From a virus: a stretch of DNA of 64,000 bases. The translations under genes and the position numbers were made by a program. The notes beneath the pieces were generated by a model that saw nothing but the letters and a program-made list of their open reading frames with translations, searched no databases and was not told the DNA's origin. Shown here piece by piece: positions 10,269 through 20,174 of the stretch (its first letter is position 1; each line of letters begins with the position of its first letter). The stretch spans positions 1 to 64,000 of IMG/VR virus record IMGVR_UViG_3300025727_000008; one strand, 5' to 3'.

Positions 10269-13200
10269 CTACTTACTCCTTGCGAGTAACTTGCTATACT
10301 TATTACTTGCCCTTAGAAATATATCGTTATTTACACTTCTTTGTTGCGCCCTTTCTCTTCTATGTCTTCCTTTTATTTCAGGATTAGGTTCTCGCCTATT
10401 ATTATTTCTATATCCAGTATCAATAAATTGACCGGCTATTTTAAAATCTAATGTCCTAATAGATTCCCATGTACTTCCCTTTTCTAATACTACTGGTATA
10501 TATTCTATCTCTCCTAAATGTCCAGTAAATACTTCTCTCCAATGTTCTTCTGTTTGTTTTATGTTATCCTTACCAGTGAATATAAAGTCAATATAAAAAT
10601 TATAAAACTCAGTAATTATATTTTCTTTTTCACTTGCTATATTAGTATCGCTATTTAAACCTAATAAAGCATATATTGTAAGCCCTTGAAAATCCTTCTT
10701 ATTATCAGTTATCAAGGTAAAATGTCTTGTTATTTTAGCGAAACTTTCAAATATTTTTATTATTTCTTTTCTATCTTCTGGTTTTATCCAAAATAAATGT
10801 TCATATAATTCTATTTCATCTAACATATGTTTAGTAGAAGGCACTTCAGAATTCCTGCTACCTCCCCACAATTCTCCTGCTTGAAATGTACCTGAAGAAT
10901 TAATTGGTACTATAGCATCTATTTTTCTTTGCGTATCTCCTTCATCTCCTGCTTTTATTATTGATTTAAATGTATATTTATTTACATTGTAAGTTTTTCT
11001 AAATGAAACTTTCGTATTTTCTTCGTCAGGAAATTTATATTCCGGCATACTAAGTGCTTGGTCTTTTTTATCCCATTTACTATCTTTTTTATCCTTATTT
11101 TTATATGCATCAGTTATACCATCTATTAAATGTTGCATTTCTTCTTCATTTAAATCCTTTAAATGCATGAAGTCCGTTTGTCCTACATTCCATGCTGTAG
11201 GATTAAATAATTTCTCATAATAATATTGTAAACCGTGGTCATACCAAGCAGGAAATTTTTGTTCTTGTGTACCTAATTTGTACTCTTTCTTAAACCATTT
11301 ATATTCATCTGTCTTTTCAAATTCATTGAATAATTTTTTATTTTCTTTATTACTATATTCCACTTTAATGTCTTTTAACATTGATTTAAAAGCATCATGT
11401 TTCTCTTTATTATTTTTAATATTTATTACATATTGTTTGCCATCATTTTTAAATTCTACTTTATCTTTATCTACTTCATCTTGATTAAAGAACCATTGCA
11501 AATATGGCTTAGATTTATCATCCATAAATAATTTATATGAAGGATAATCATGCTCATAATCTCGGTCTGTATGAATAGTTTCTTTTAAATTATATCCAAA
11601 TATAGAACTCAAATCACGAACCTTATTCCTGCTTAAATATTCCTCTTTCCAGTCAGGATTGTCTGCCATATACTCTTCTGTTGGTGTCCATTTACCATCC
11701 TTTATATCCTCATATGTTGGTGGATAATTCAATGCTTCCAATATATTCTGATACTTTTCATATGCCTTATATAATTTTAAACTACCTACCTCTCCGTCTT
11801 TAAGTATTCGTTGAATATTTATATGCTGTTCAATCTTACCTATTTCTATATCTAAATTACTTAAATCATCAATTAGTAGTTTAAATGCCAAATTTATGGA
11901 AGCAGTTTGACTTTTACTTTCTTTTTGCCAACTATTAGCACTACCACTTGATACAGTTCCTTTAATAAAACTATAAATTAATTCTCTTATTGTTTCGTTA
12001 TCAGGTCGTTTGAAGGGTTCAAATTTTTTATTATTATATTGATAATAAGAATTACCATCAAATATTGTAGTTAAATCTCTTTCAGTATCTATCAGTATAT
12101 CCATTATCTTTCTTACCCTGCCAACATTAGAGTATAATTTTTCTTGTTGTTTTTCATTAAAAATATCTTTTTCTTCACTTCTAGAAACTGTAGTGCCTCG
12201 TTTTAAATAATCCTTAAACGTTCCAATATCCTTTAATGCTTTAACAATCTCAGTATCAATTTTAAAATTTAAAACCATATCTCCTAAATCTAAGTTACCA
12301 TCTTGGGGAGTTATCCTTAACAATATATCTTTTTTAATATCAGATAAACCCCTTTTAGGTTTAATTTCTCCATCCATTATATCTATAATAGTTTCTTTTA
12401 GAGTTTCTTTATCATTAAATCCCTTAATTTCATCATTAATCTTTTTAAATAATTGCACGTCAGATAAGTTTTTACTAGTAGTATTAGTCAATACAGAATA
12501 TAGGTTATATGTATTGTCCTCTTTAAACCGACGTTTGATTTCATCTAATCTTTCTCTATTTATTATTGCCACATCTACTGCAAGGTTCTCCATATTTTTA
12601 TCATTCATATAATCTATATGACCATCTACTTTGGTGTTAATATTAGCCCGTATTTGTTTATCATTTACAAGAACTTTAATTCCCTCTTCATATTCATTTT
12701 TGTCTTTAACTATATTTCTTTGTATTAATAATAATGATGACCTATCCGATATGCCAGTAAGTTGGGGTTCTATTTTAGTTGATTCTTTTTCTTCCTTAAT
12801 AATATTAATAGTTTTAACAATAGATTTTAATAATTGTTTTTCCATTGGTTCTTCATCTTCTTCTATCTTAGTTGATGCTTGTGATTGTTTATATGCCCTA
12901 AATATCTTTTTAAATAATCGTCTTATATCAGTAGGTAGTAACTTGTTATCGTTAAAAAATGTTTTGAATTTATTTTCTACTTTAGTTCCATGTATTTTTT
13001 CAGGTGTTAAACTTTCATCATAATTATCTAATATTCCATTTATTGTTTTAATCTCTACATCGTTAAATTTCCAATCTTTTTTAAATTTATCAAACTCTTT
13101 CATTTCTTTTGTTTTTTCCAACCATTCATATAGATTTTTATTACCATTATATAAATCAGTAATTATATCAAAAATTTCATTTACTTGTATTTCTTTTAAA

Positions 13201-14003
13201 AATGTATCTTTTTCTACAAAATTATAAGGAAAACCCGACTCATCCCAATCACCAAATGGTTTATCAAATACATTTTTAATATAATCTAATATTTTTATTG
13301 TAATAGTTATCTTTTCTTTTTTAATATCTACATATAAATGATTTTCTAATATTTTAGTATTTAAAATAGGTTTTGATGTTTGGATTTTATTCTCAATTTC
13401 CTTTACTACTGTACTTTTATAATCTATTGTAGATTCTCGTATTTCCTTTTCTTCGTTTTTTGTATCTGCTACTGCATCTTTATCACTACTAGTAGATAAT
13501 TCCGTTTCTTCTAATATCTCTTTAAGATTTCCTTTATCAAGCCCTTCTGCTACAGTTTTTTTTCCAATGCGTTTTATTATTCGCGTAGTAAGAATATCAT
13601 CTTCTATATATCCTTCATTATGTAATAATTGTATAATCCCTAATAAAGTAGAGTTTGATAATTTATCCACTACTATTATTTTTAAACAATTTTCAAGTTC
13701 TGTTAAATTTGTTTTAGAAGTTTTACGGTTAGGATATTCTGCTCTTAAATCTTCCAGTTGAACATTTAACAACAGTTGAATTTTATCTTCACTTTGTTCC
13801 ATTTTAGATGTTATGTCTAAAAAACTATCCGAAAAAATATAAGCAGCGTAATCTAAAAAAAGGTTGGGTACATTATCATTAGAAACTATTATGTTATCAT
13901 CTTTTGTTGTATGATTAATTATTTCCCAACCATTAACTATTTCTTCTGTTAATGTAATTGAAGTAGGTAAAGTAGGTATAATTCTCTCAGTAATTTTTAC
14001 CAT
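10269..14003 (-). CDS. Large K/E/D-rich hypothetical protein (possible internal virion protein)
   Basis: 1244 aa ORF with SD; no recognisable motif. Confidence 0.6.
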   Translation of the reverse strand: MVKITERIIPTLPTSITLTEEIVNGWEIINHTTKDDNIIVSNDNVPNLFLDYAAYIFSDSFLDITSKMEQSEDKIQLLLNVQLEDLRAEYPNRKTSKTNLTELENCLKIIVVDKLSNSTLLGIIQLLHNEGYIEDDILTTRIIKRIGKKTVAEGLDKGNLKEILEETELSTSSDKDAVADTKNEEKEIRESTIDYKSTVVKEIENKIQTSKPILNTKILENHLYVDIKKEKITITIKILDYIKNVFDKPFGDWDESGFPYNFVEKDTFLKEIQVNEIFDIITDLYNGNKNLYEWLEKTKEMKEFDKFKKDWKFNDVEIKTINGILDNYDESLTPEKIHGTKVENKFKTFFNDNKLLPTDIRRLFKKIFRAYKQSQASTKIEEDEEPMEKQLLKSIVKTINIIKEEKESTKIEPQLTGISDRSSLLLIQRNIVKDKNEYEEGIKVLVNDKQIRANINTKVDGHIDYMNDKNMENLAVDVAIINRERLDEIKRRFKEDNTYNLYSVLTNTTSKNLSDVQLFKKINDEIKGFNDKETLKETIIDIMDGEIKPKRGLSDIKKDILLRITPQDGNLDLGDMVLNFKIDTEIVKALKDIGTFKDYLKRGTTVSRSEEKDIFNEKQQEKLYSNVGRVRKIMDILIDTERDLTTIFDGNSYYQYNNKKFEPFKRPDNETIRELIYSFIKGTVSSGSANSWQKESKSQTASINLAFKLLIDDLSNLDIEIGKIEQHINIQRILKDGEVGSLKLYKAYEKYQNILEALNYPPTYEDIKDGKWTPTEEYMADNPDWKEEYLSRNKVRDLSSIFGYNLKETIHTDRDYEHDYPSYKLFMDDKSKPYLQWFFNQDEVDKDKVEFKNDGKQYVINIKNNKEKHDAFKSMLKDIKVEYSNKENKKLFNEFEKTDEYKWFKKEYKLGTQEQKFPAWYDHGLQYYYEKLFNPTAWNVGQTDFMHLKDLNEEEMQHLIDGITDAYKNKDKKDSKWDKKDQALSMPEYKFPDEENTKVSFRKTYNVNKYTFKSIIKAGDEGDTQRKIDAIVPINSSGTFQAGELWGGSRNSEVPSTKHMLDEIELYEHLFWIKPEDRKEIIKIFESFAKITRHFTLITDNKKDFQGLTIYALLGLNSDTNIASEKENIITEFYNFYIDFIFTGKDNIKQTEEHWREVFTGHLGEIEYIPVVLEKGSTWESIRTLDFKIAGQFIDTGYRNNNRREPNPEIKGRHRRERAQQRSVNNDIFLRASNKYSKLLARSK

Positions 14004-14016
14004 TCATTAAACCACC

Positions 14017-14751
14017 TTAAGCAAGCCATTTAGCCCAAGCAACTGCTTTGCCTAATCCTTGTGCTAGACCTAAACCGCTCTGTGGTGGGGTGTATGTTGG
14101 CTGACCGGTCTGAGGGTCAATCCAATAAGGATTATTCATACTATCATATCCTTGTGGGGGAATAGGATAACCACTGCCATTTTGTAATGCCATTTGTTGT
14201 TGGTTCATAGTATTATTAAAATTAGTACTCATGTTACCACCTTGTATTTGGCTAGGATTTAAGCCTTGAGGGTTCATACCTTGTTGCTGCATACCCATTT
14301 GTTGCCGCATATCCATTGGTGTTTGAGTTTGAGATTGGGGTTGTGATGGAGATGAGAACCCTTGTGCTTCAAGATATTGTTGTTTAGCCATCCTTCGTTG
14401 CATTACAACTTCACTATTAATAGCAGTAGCCAAAAGATTAGCCATATCTAAATCAATATTTTCTTGAGTAATCCTAGTAAATTCAGTAAGAGCATCTGGA
14501 GATATAACAAGATTACCACTAGAACTTTGATTAAATTCTAACTTAATTAACATTTGGCTAACTGCTCTTTGAACAGTATCTTCAATTAGTTTTTCCATTG
14601 CCTTTAAAAATGATTCACCGTGATATTGAAAGAAATCTTCAACATGATTTTCTTGTAAAGTTAAAAGGTTATTGATTGTTTTAAATTGGGTTTGCTGTTG
14701 CGCCCCCATTTGTGTTGATAAGTTACTATTACTCGTTCCAAATAACCCCAT
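14017..14751 (-). CDS. Q/M-rich low-complexity protein with C-terminal amphipathic helix
   Basis: MGLFG N-terminus, Q-rich tract, GLAQGLGKAVAWAKWLA end; coupled to upstream gene. Confidence 0.7.
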   Translation of the reverse strand: MGLFGTSNSNLSTQMGAQQQTQFKTINNLLTLQENHVEDFFQYHGESFLKAMEKLIEDTVQRAVSQMLIKLEFNQSSSGNLVISPDALTEFTRITQENIDLDMANLLATAINSEVVMQRRMAKQQYLEAQGFSSPSQPQSQTQTPMDMRQQMGMQQQGMNPQGLNPSQIQGGNMSTNFNNTMNQQQMALQNGSGYPIPPQGYDSMNNPYWIDPQTGQPTYTPPQSGLGLAQGLGKAVAWAKWLA

Positions 14752-15437
14752 TACTCAACCACCTCTTCCGTAACAATTGCGACCTTAACGCCATCGGTTA
14801 ATAGAGTTTTGACTCGCTCATTAATACTGTTAGTTTCTATTACTAATCTAAATAATTCTTCTTCTTTAGATTCAATACCCATAGTAGGTGGTTTAATTGT
14901 CCAACCTAATGAAGATAATGATTGCATGTCTGTCTGTTTTAAACTAGTCAATGGGGCAGAAATTAAAGGGTTTAACATTTTAGCAGAAGGAATATATGCA
15001 CTAAAAGAAAGACCATGTTCTTCTGCTAACATTTGTTGTTCTAACATTTCATATTGCTTATGGATTGTTGCGTGTTTATTACAATAAGTTCCCCTCATAG
15101 GATAGCCCCTTCTTACTTTATGTAATGGTAAAGGGGGGCGCATAGAATCTCCTGCTTCCCATATTTTTTGAGAGCCACATACAACACATCTATCTTTAAT
15201 ATTATATTTAAATTTATATGGGAATTTAAGAAATGTTTTTTTCTCAGGCATTAAAACTTTAATTATTTCCTTCAATTGTTTTTTGGGTTTTAAATTTTTA
15301 TATTCATATTGCATTACTGACCCTGCTGCTCTCGCAGTACTAAAAGTATCTAAATATGGGTTTGAAGTAATATGTGCTGATTGTGCGCCTATTAAATTTG
15401 GGGGGTTGAAATTCATTGCCATGTGATATTCTCCCAT
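14751..15437 (-). CDS. Hypothetical protein with Zn-binding CxxC...CxxH and C-terminal coiled coil
   Basis: CVVC and YCNKH motifs; TAATG-coupled to GTPase. Confidence 0.65.
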   Translation of the reverse strand: MGEYHMAMNFNPPNLIGAQSAHITSNPYLDTFSTARAAGSVMQYEYKNLKPKKQLKEIIKVLMPEKKTFLKFPYKFKYNIKDRCVVCGSQKIWEAGDSMRPPLPLHKVRRGYPMRGTYCNKHATIHKQYEMLEQQMLAEEHGLSFSAYIPSAKMLNPLISAPLTSLKQTDMQSLSSLGWTIKPPTMGIESKEEELFRLVIETNSINERVKTLLTDGVKVAIVTEEVVE

Positions 15438-16105
15438 TAGTAATCCTTTATCATTGTTAGGATTCCCCTATATACCATTTCTGAATCTGATTTAGCACTT
15501 ACTATGTATTTATAACAAGGTATTCCTTTATCATTTAACTTTTGCATACCATTTCTAAATGAGTCAAATATTGGATGTTTTTCAATAGATGTATAGTCAT
15601 ATTTATCTTTCCATAAATCATGTTTATTAGCCCATAATCCAACTGCAACAGGGTAATCATGTATTTTCTTTTTTTGTTTTTTTCCTTTGTGGTTCCAATA
15701 AGGAGTACAAATTGTATCAACTAAAAAAGTCCAACATAATTGTTGTTCTATATCATAATGTTTATCCATATGTCTATCATCAATCATAAAAATAATATAT
15801 TTTACTTTTCTAGTTTTCATGTCTTGAACCCATTCATTCCAAAATACTGTTTCACCACCAACATCAGCAGTTTTAATGGTATGAGCATCACCATCTAATT
15901 TTACAAATTTTCTAGATGGTCGTTGTAATCCAACAGTTCTATCTGTAATAGCAGGGATTTCACCTCTAGTTCTTAATTGATGATGTAGAGTAGTTTTACC
16001 TACTTTACTTGCACCATATACTCCAAAAGGAATTGAATGTAATCTTTGATAGATTCTATTCATTCCTTCTACAAATAAAATAGCGAAACCCGCCATCACC
16101 GACAT
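15437..16105 (-). CDS. Ras-superfamily small GTPase, Arf-like
   Basis: G1 GASKVGKT, G2 TVG, G3 DVGG, G4 NKHD, G5 SAK; N-terminal hydrophobic/amphipathic helix. Confidence 0.9.
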   Translation of the reverse strand: MSVMAGFAILFVEGMNRIYQRLHSIPFGVYGASKVGKTTLHHQLRTRGEIPAITDRTVGLQRPSRKFVKLDGDAHTIKTADVGGETVFWNEWVQDMKTRKVKYIIFMIDDRHMDKHYDIEQQLCWTFLVDTICTPYWNHKGKKQKKKIHDYPVAVGLWANKHDLWKDKYDYTSIEKHPIFDSFRNGMQKLNDKGIPCYKYIVSAKSDSEMVYRGILTMIKDY

Positions 16106-16111
16106 TATTAA

Positions 16112-16336
16112 TCACACCAAATGATGCCATAAATTAACAATCCCATTCCATGTAGAAGAATATAAATTATACCCAAATAAAGGTATTGCATGACCTATCA
16201 AAAAACCTATTACTGTTGAGATTATACCCCATAACCAAAACCTCGCTCTAAGAAACCAAATATCAGCAGAGTGCGCTCTTTGCAAATCATATGCTAATGT
16301 GGATTCATCGAACCCCATTAGTATCTCAGATACCAT
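16112..16336 (-). CDS. Small membrane protein
   Basis: Hydrophobic FWLWGIISTVIGFLIGHAIPLF segment. Confidence 0.7.
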   Translation of the reverse strand: MVSEILMGFDESTLAYDLQRAHSADIWFLRARFWLWGIISTVIGFLIGHAIPLFGYNLYSSTWNGIVNLWHHLV

Positions 16337-16343
16337 TTAATCA

Positions 16344-16787
16344 CTACTCGTTAAATCCAGTTAAAAATGTAGGGTTTATTGTATTGCTATCAAATTGCGG
16401 TTGTTGGTTTTGTTGCATTGTAGGTAAGTTAGCATCTCCATACACCGGCTGACCGAAGGTTTGATTGAAACTTCTTAATGATTCTCTAACTCTCTTTCTA
16501 TTATCTTCATCCCTTGCTTTTCTATTCCAATAAGAATCTATTTTTCTTTGTAGCAGGAAATCTTCTATTACATCATTTAACATTAAATCAAATAGTGCTT
16601 TCAATAACATGATACCCCCTACTGTGCATATACCGAATAATACTGCATGGGAAAGTCCTGTGTATGGGAAATCCATACCATATAAAGTATAGAAATAAAT
16701 ATTTGTTCCACTAATTGCACCAACAAATAGTATAGTCATTACTAGTCTTGTATCTGTATCAATACTAGGCAAACACATCAACTCCAT
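16344..16787 (-). CDS. Two-TM membrane protein with basic coiled-coil tail
   Basis: Two hydrophobic helices followed by charged and Q-rich tail. Confidence 0.7.
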   Translation of the reverse strand: MELMCLPSIDTDTRLVMTILFVGAISGTNIYFYTLYGMDFPYTGLSHAVLFGICTVGGIMLLKALFDLMLNDVIEDFLLQRKIDSYWNRKARDEDNRKRVRESLRSFNQTFGQPVYGDANLPTMQQNQQPQFDSNTINPTFLTGFNE

Positions 16788-17056
16788 GTGCAGGAATATG
16801 AGCCACCTGAACCGGATAGTATTGCAGTTATACCTGTTCCCATTGCTCTGTCGTGCATATCAAATTCAATAGTATTATTAGCAGTAAGAATTAATCTAGC
16901 AACTTCATCTGCTGAACCAACAGTAGTGTTATTATGGTCATATAATTTTAATGTTGCAGTTCCAGTAGAACAAAAATGAATGCTGGTCATTTTACATCTA
17001 CCGTCATTCAATACTGCACTAGATGTTTTAACAGGACTACCTGCTGAAACCATCAC
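16778..17056 (-). CDS. Small beta-rich protein (possible capsid decoration)
   Basis: Downstream of MCP; G/S/T-rich. Confidence 0.4.
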   Translation of the reverse strand: MMVSAGSPVKTSSAVLNDGRCKMTSIHFCSTGTATLKLYDHNNTTVGSADEVARLILTANNTIEFDMHDRAMGTGITAILSGSGGSYSCTWS

Positions 17057-17466
17057 TTCACATCCTTAGTGGTTTTCTTCTTAGTAGTGGTTTTCTTAGC
17101 AACGGGTTTCTTTTCTTTTACTGTTTCTTTAGGGACAACAGTTTCAACCACTGCTTCAACCACTGCTTCAACCTGCTTTTTAACAGGAGTTTTTACTTTC
17201 TTAGGAAATAATATATCATTAACATCGCCTTCTACACCTAAATGTCGTCGTATTGCTTTAATTCTATTTTCAGGTAAATTAGCAATATCCTTTTTATCAT
17301 CAACTGTAAAGTCAACTTGGATTGCTTCATCTCCTAAATAAAGTGCTGCGATTCTAGCAGGTACTTCACAAGGGGTTTGTGCTGTAAGAGAATATATTTT
17401 TTCTCCAACCCCTCTAATTTCTAATGCGCCTTCAACTCTATGTGTTTTCAATCTTATTAATGCCAT
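17053..17466 (-). CDS. Hypothetical protein with K/T-rich C-terminal tail
   Basis: Likely start ATG 17466 (MALIRLK) after GGTGA SD, not the longer track start. Confidence 0.6.
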   Translation of the reverse strand: MALIRLKTHRVEGALEIRGVGEKIYSLTAQTPCEVPARIAALYLGDEAIQVDFTVDDKKDIANLPENRIKAIRRHLGVEGDVNDILFPKKVKTPVKKQVEAVVEAVVETVVPKETVKEKKPVAKKTTTKKKTTKDVK

Positions 17467-17487
17467 AATATCACCATTTTTTAAAGG

Positions 17488-17530
17488 GTAGTAACCCCTA
17501 CCCCGATGTTTCGGAGTAGAGGCTACTACT
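17488..17530 (-). terminator. Stem-loop downstream of MCP
   Basis: GTAGTAACCCCTAC...GTAGAGGCTACTAC imperfect inverted repeat right after MCP stop. Confidence 0.45.
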
Positions 17531-17557
17531 TTACATTTCACTTATTATTTAAGTATC

Positions 17558-18961
17558 TCAAGCACTCTTTAGGTTGGTAATCTTACCTTGACCCTTGAAG
17601 AAGGAACAGCATGTTTCGCCCATTGTGCGATACATACCTTGATTTCCAAGTTTACCAACACCGAATGGATTTCCACTAGTAATTCCATCCTCAAAATACT
17701 GAGTAGGCTTCATTACAGATAACCAAAGATGGTCTGTATCAAGAATTAACATATCACTTAACCTGTTGCTTGTTGATTGACCAGTTGACGGCATATCTTT
17801 AGCAGGGATAATTGGTATGTCGTAGTAGGTTGCCACACGGAAACCTACTTCTTGACCCTTTACTCCACGAACACCATTATGGGAAGGAACTATTTCTTTC
17901 CTATCCATAAATCGCTCTTGTGATTGTAGTAAATCAGAAAGTTTCTGTATGGTATCATATCCAGTAATGATAACTTTAGGATTACCACCGTTAGTGCGGA
18001 TTCTACGAATCATATCATTAAGTATGCTTAGAGTTAAAACTCTACAATTACCTGATGTATAATCAGTACCGAAGTCAACTTCTGCGTCTAGGAAAGATGC
18101 AACACCTGTGTAAGTGTAAGCACCTGTTCCGCCGCTAGTATCAACAGTAACAGTTCTAGTTGAACCAAAGATAGTAGTAGCATCAGCAAGTTGTGCTGCT
18201 GTACCATTATTTGTTTGGTTGTGATAGAATACGTCGTCATCAGCCATCTTTGCAAGTTCAGCAGCAGATGATATAATCTTCATTAGAGAAGTATAATTCT
18301 TCTCAATTCCAGTTGTACCGTTCTCTGAATACTTTTCAAGAGGCATAACTAACATCTTGCTTTGTACTTCAGCGTGTAACTTACCCATGTCTTCTCTAAC
18401 GATAGCGCGAATATCTCCGACACCATCATCAATTGCAGCCATTTCCATTCCTAGTTCTGAGAACTCAAATAGATGTGCAATAGTCTTAGGGCTAACATAT
18501 AGTTTAGTATATTCAGGAGCGATTGCTCTGAATCCATCTGCACCACCTAATGCTGCGTTTTCTCCAACACCACCAATTTGGTCTGCTCTAGGTGTTTCTG
18601 CCTGAGCAGAAGTCATTGCTGCTGTTACTGCATTAGTACCAGTTCCGAATGCTGCACTTGAACCACCAATAGGTCGGCTCTTTAGTACTCTCCAACCACT
18701 AGATGTGTAAGGTCGCTTTGCAAGCATTGCAAGAGGGTTAACTTCTTGGTTTAATACTGACCAAACTTTTTGTCCGTATAATAGGTTGTATAAATCTCCT
18801 AATCCTGCTGCACCGGTAAATGCATTAGCACTAGTATCGTGAGGTGTTCCAAATCCACCAACGACTCCACCTGCTTTAAGCAAAGCGTTGCCGCTACCAG
18901 TTCCACCATATCCGTATGTTGCTGCTTCTAAATCTTTCATTGTCTTAATATATCCACTCAT
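17558..18961 (-). CDS. Major capsid protein (HK97 fold)
   Basis: Follows protease/scaffold; LYGQKVWSVLNQE, GGNPKVIITG, YYDIPIIP, QGKITNL pattern of archaeal head-tail virus MCPs. Confidence 0.9.
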   Translation of the reverse strand: MSGYIKTMKDLEAATYGYGGTGSGNALLKAGGVVGGFGTPHDTSANAFTGAAGLGDLYNLLYGQKVWSVLNQEVNPLAMLAKRPYTSSGWRVLKSRPIGGSSAAFGTGTNAVTAAMTSAQAETPRADQIGGVGENAALGGADGFRAIAPEYTKLYVSPKTIAHLFEFSELGMEMAAIDDGVGDIRAIVREDMGKLHAEVQSKMLVMPLEKYSENGTTGIEKNYTSLMKIISSAAELAKMADDDVFYHNQTNNGTAAQLADATTIFGSTRTVTVDTSGGTGAYTYTGVASFLDAEVDFGTDYTSGNCRVLTLSILNDMIRRIRTNGGNPKVIITGYDTIQKLSDLLQSQERFMDRKEIVPSHNGVRGVKGQEVGFRVATYYDIPIIPAKDMPSTGQSTSNRLSDMLILDTDHLWLSVMKPTQYFEDGITSGNPFGVGKLGNQGMYRTMGETCCSFFKGQGKITNLKSA

Positions 18962-18963
18962 AT

Positions 18964-20142
18964 TTAATCACCCCTCACTAGGTTGTGAACGTCATCCCAA
19001 GTCATAGATGCTGCTGCTTCTAAACTTGTAGGTATTCCTTCAGGTAGCGTCATAGACACTTCTGCGCTCTTGCGAATTGTTTCATTTTCTTTTGATAGAG
19101 ATTTGCGTAGTAATACAAACTCTTCTTTTAGTGCTGCTACATCTGTTCGGGCATCGTATGATGCTGATTCATGGTTTGCTTTCTTTACAGAAAGTTCTTC
19201 AGCAAGTCTAGATTCAAAAGTCTTGCTTAGATTATCATAAGCGTATTTTTCCATCTGTTCTGCTTTAAACTGCACATATGCCTTTTCAACATTCTCTGCG
19301 CTTAGGTTAAGAGTACTAAAATCAGAGTCATTTAGACCCTCACTCTTTAGTTCAGAAGGTGCTGCTGTTGGTTTACCGCCGCTAACAACTAATTCTCCTG
19401 CTTCATAATCTCTAGTTGTATCTTCATCTAGAGCCTTCAGTTCTTCCTCTTCTTCTTCAGAATCTCCCTTTTCCATTTCAGGTTCTTCTTCAGTGTCCAT
19501 ATACTGTTCATTCTTCGTTACTTCTTCATTTTCTTGCTCTCCGAGTCCGTTAACTTGTTTCATTAAGTCATTCAACTCTTCAAGTGCTTTTTCTAATTTT
19601 TCACTCATTGTTTTGTCCTCCATTTTTAAAATGTCGAATTTTGCTTCGGGATTAATACCCTTTTCGCAGATAGTTACTTCGTGTAACTCTAATCTGTCTA
19701 TCTCATTGTATTCGCCAAACTCTTCTGATGTTCTTTGTTTCTTAGAAATCGCTTGACCCCCAATACTAAAAGAACGAAGTGTTCCCTTTCTAATACTTCT
19801 TGAAATTTCTTTTGCTTTTTCTATGTCCTCTCTTAACTTAATAACAACATAAAACCCTACATCATCTACACCGGTTTTATGTAAAGTTCCATTAGTATCA
19901 CGATATTTTTCAATAACTTCTCCAACTTGCACATTAGAATGATTAGACATTACATTTCTATATTTCTTCTCACCCATATATTTTACAACTGCTTCATCTA
20001 AAGCACTTAATGTAATTAAATCGTTTTGTTTATCTACTATTTCTATAGAAGCATATCCACCAATAACTAAATTATCAGACTTAAGAATAGTAAATTCATG
20101 ATGAGAATTTGCTTTCAACAAAAGTGTAGGCTGCATCAGCAT
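18964..20142 (-). CDS. Prohead protease fused to scaffold domain
   Basis: IGGYASIEIVDKQND, MSNH, SFSIGG, LHEVTIC..GINPEA; acidic coiled-coil C-half. Confidence 0.9.
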   Translation of the reverse strand: MLMQPTLLLKANSHHEFTILKSDNLVIGGYASIEIVDKQNDLITLSALDEAVVKYMGEKKYRNVMSNHSNVQVGEVIEKYRDTNGTLHKTGVDDVGFYVVIKLREDIEKAKEISRSIRKGTLRSFSIGGQAISKKQRTSEEFGEYNEIDRLELHEVTICEKGINPEAKFDILKMEDKTMSEKLEKALEELNDLMKQVNGLGEQENEEVTKNEQYMDTEEEPEMEKGDSEEEEEELKALDEDTTRDYEAGELVVSGGKPTAAPSELKSEGLNDSDFSTLNLSAENVEKAYVQFKAEQMEKYAYDNLSKTFESRLAEELSVKKANHESASYDARTDVAALKEEFVLLRKSLSKENETIRKSAEVSMTLPEGIPTSLEAAASMTWDDVHNLVRGD

Positions 20143-20174
20143 TATTTTTTAATTTTTAACTTTTACTATATTAA

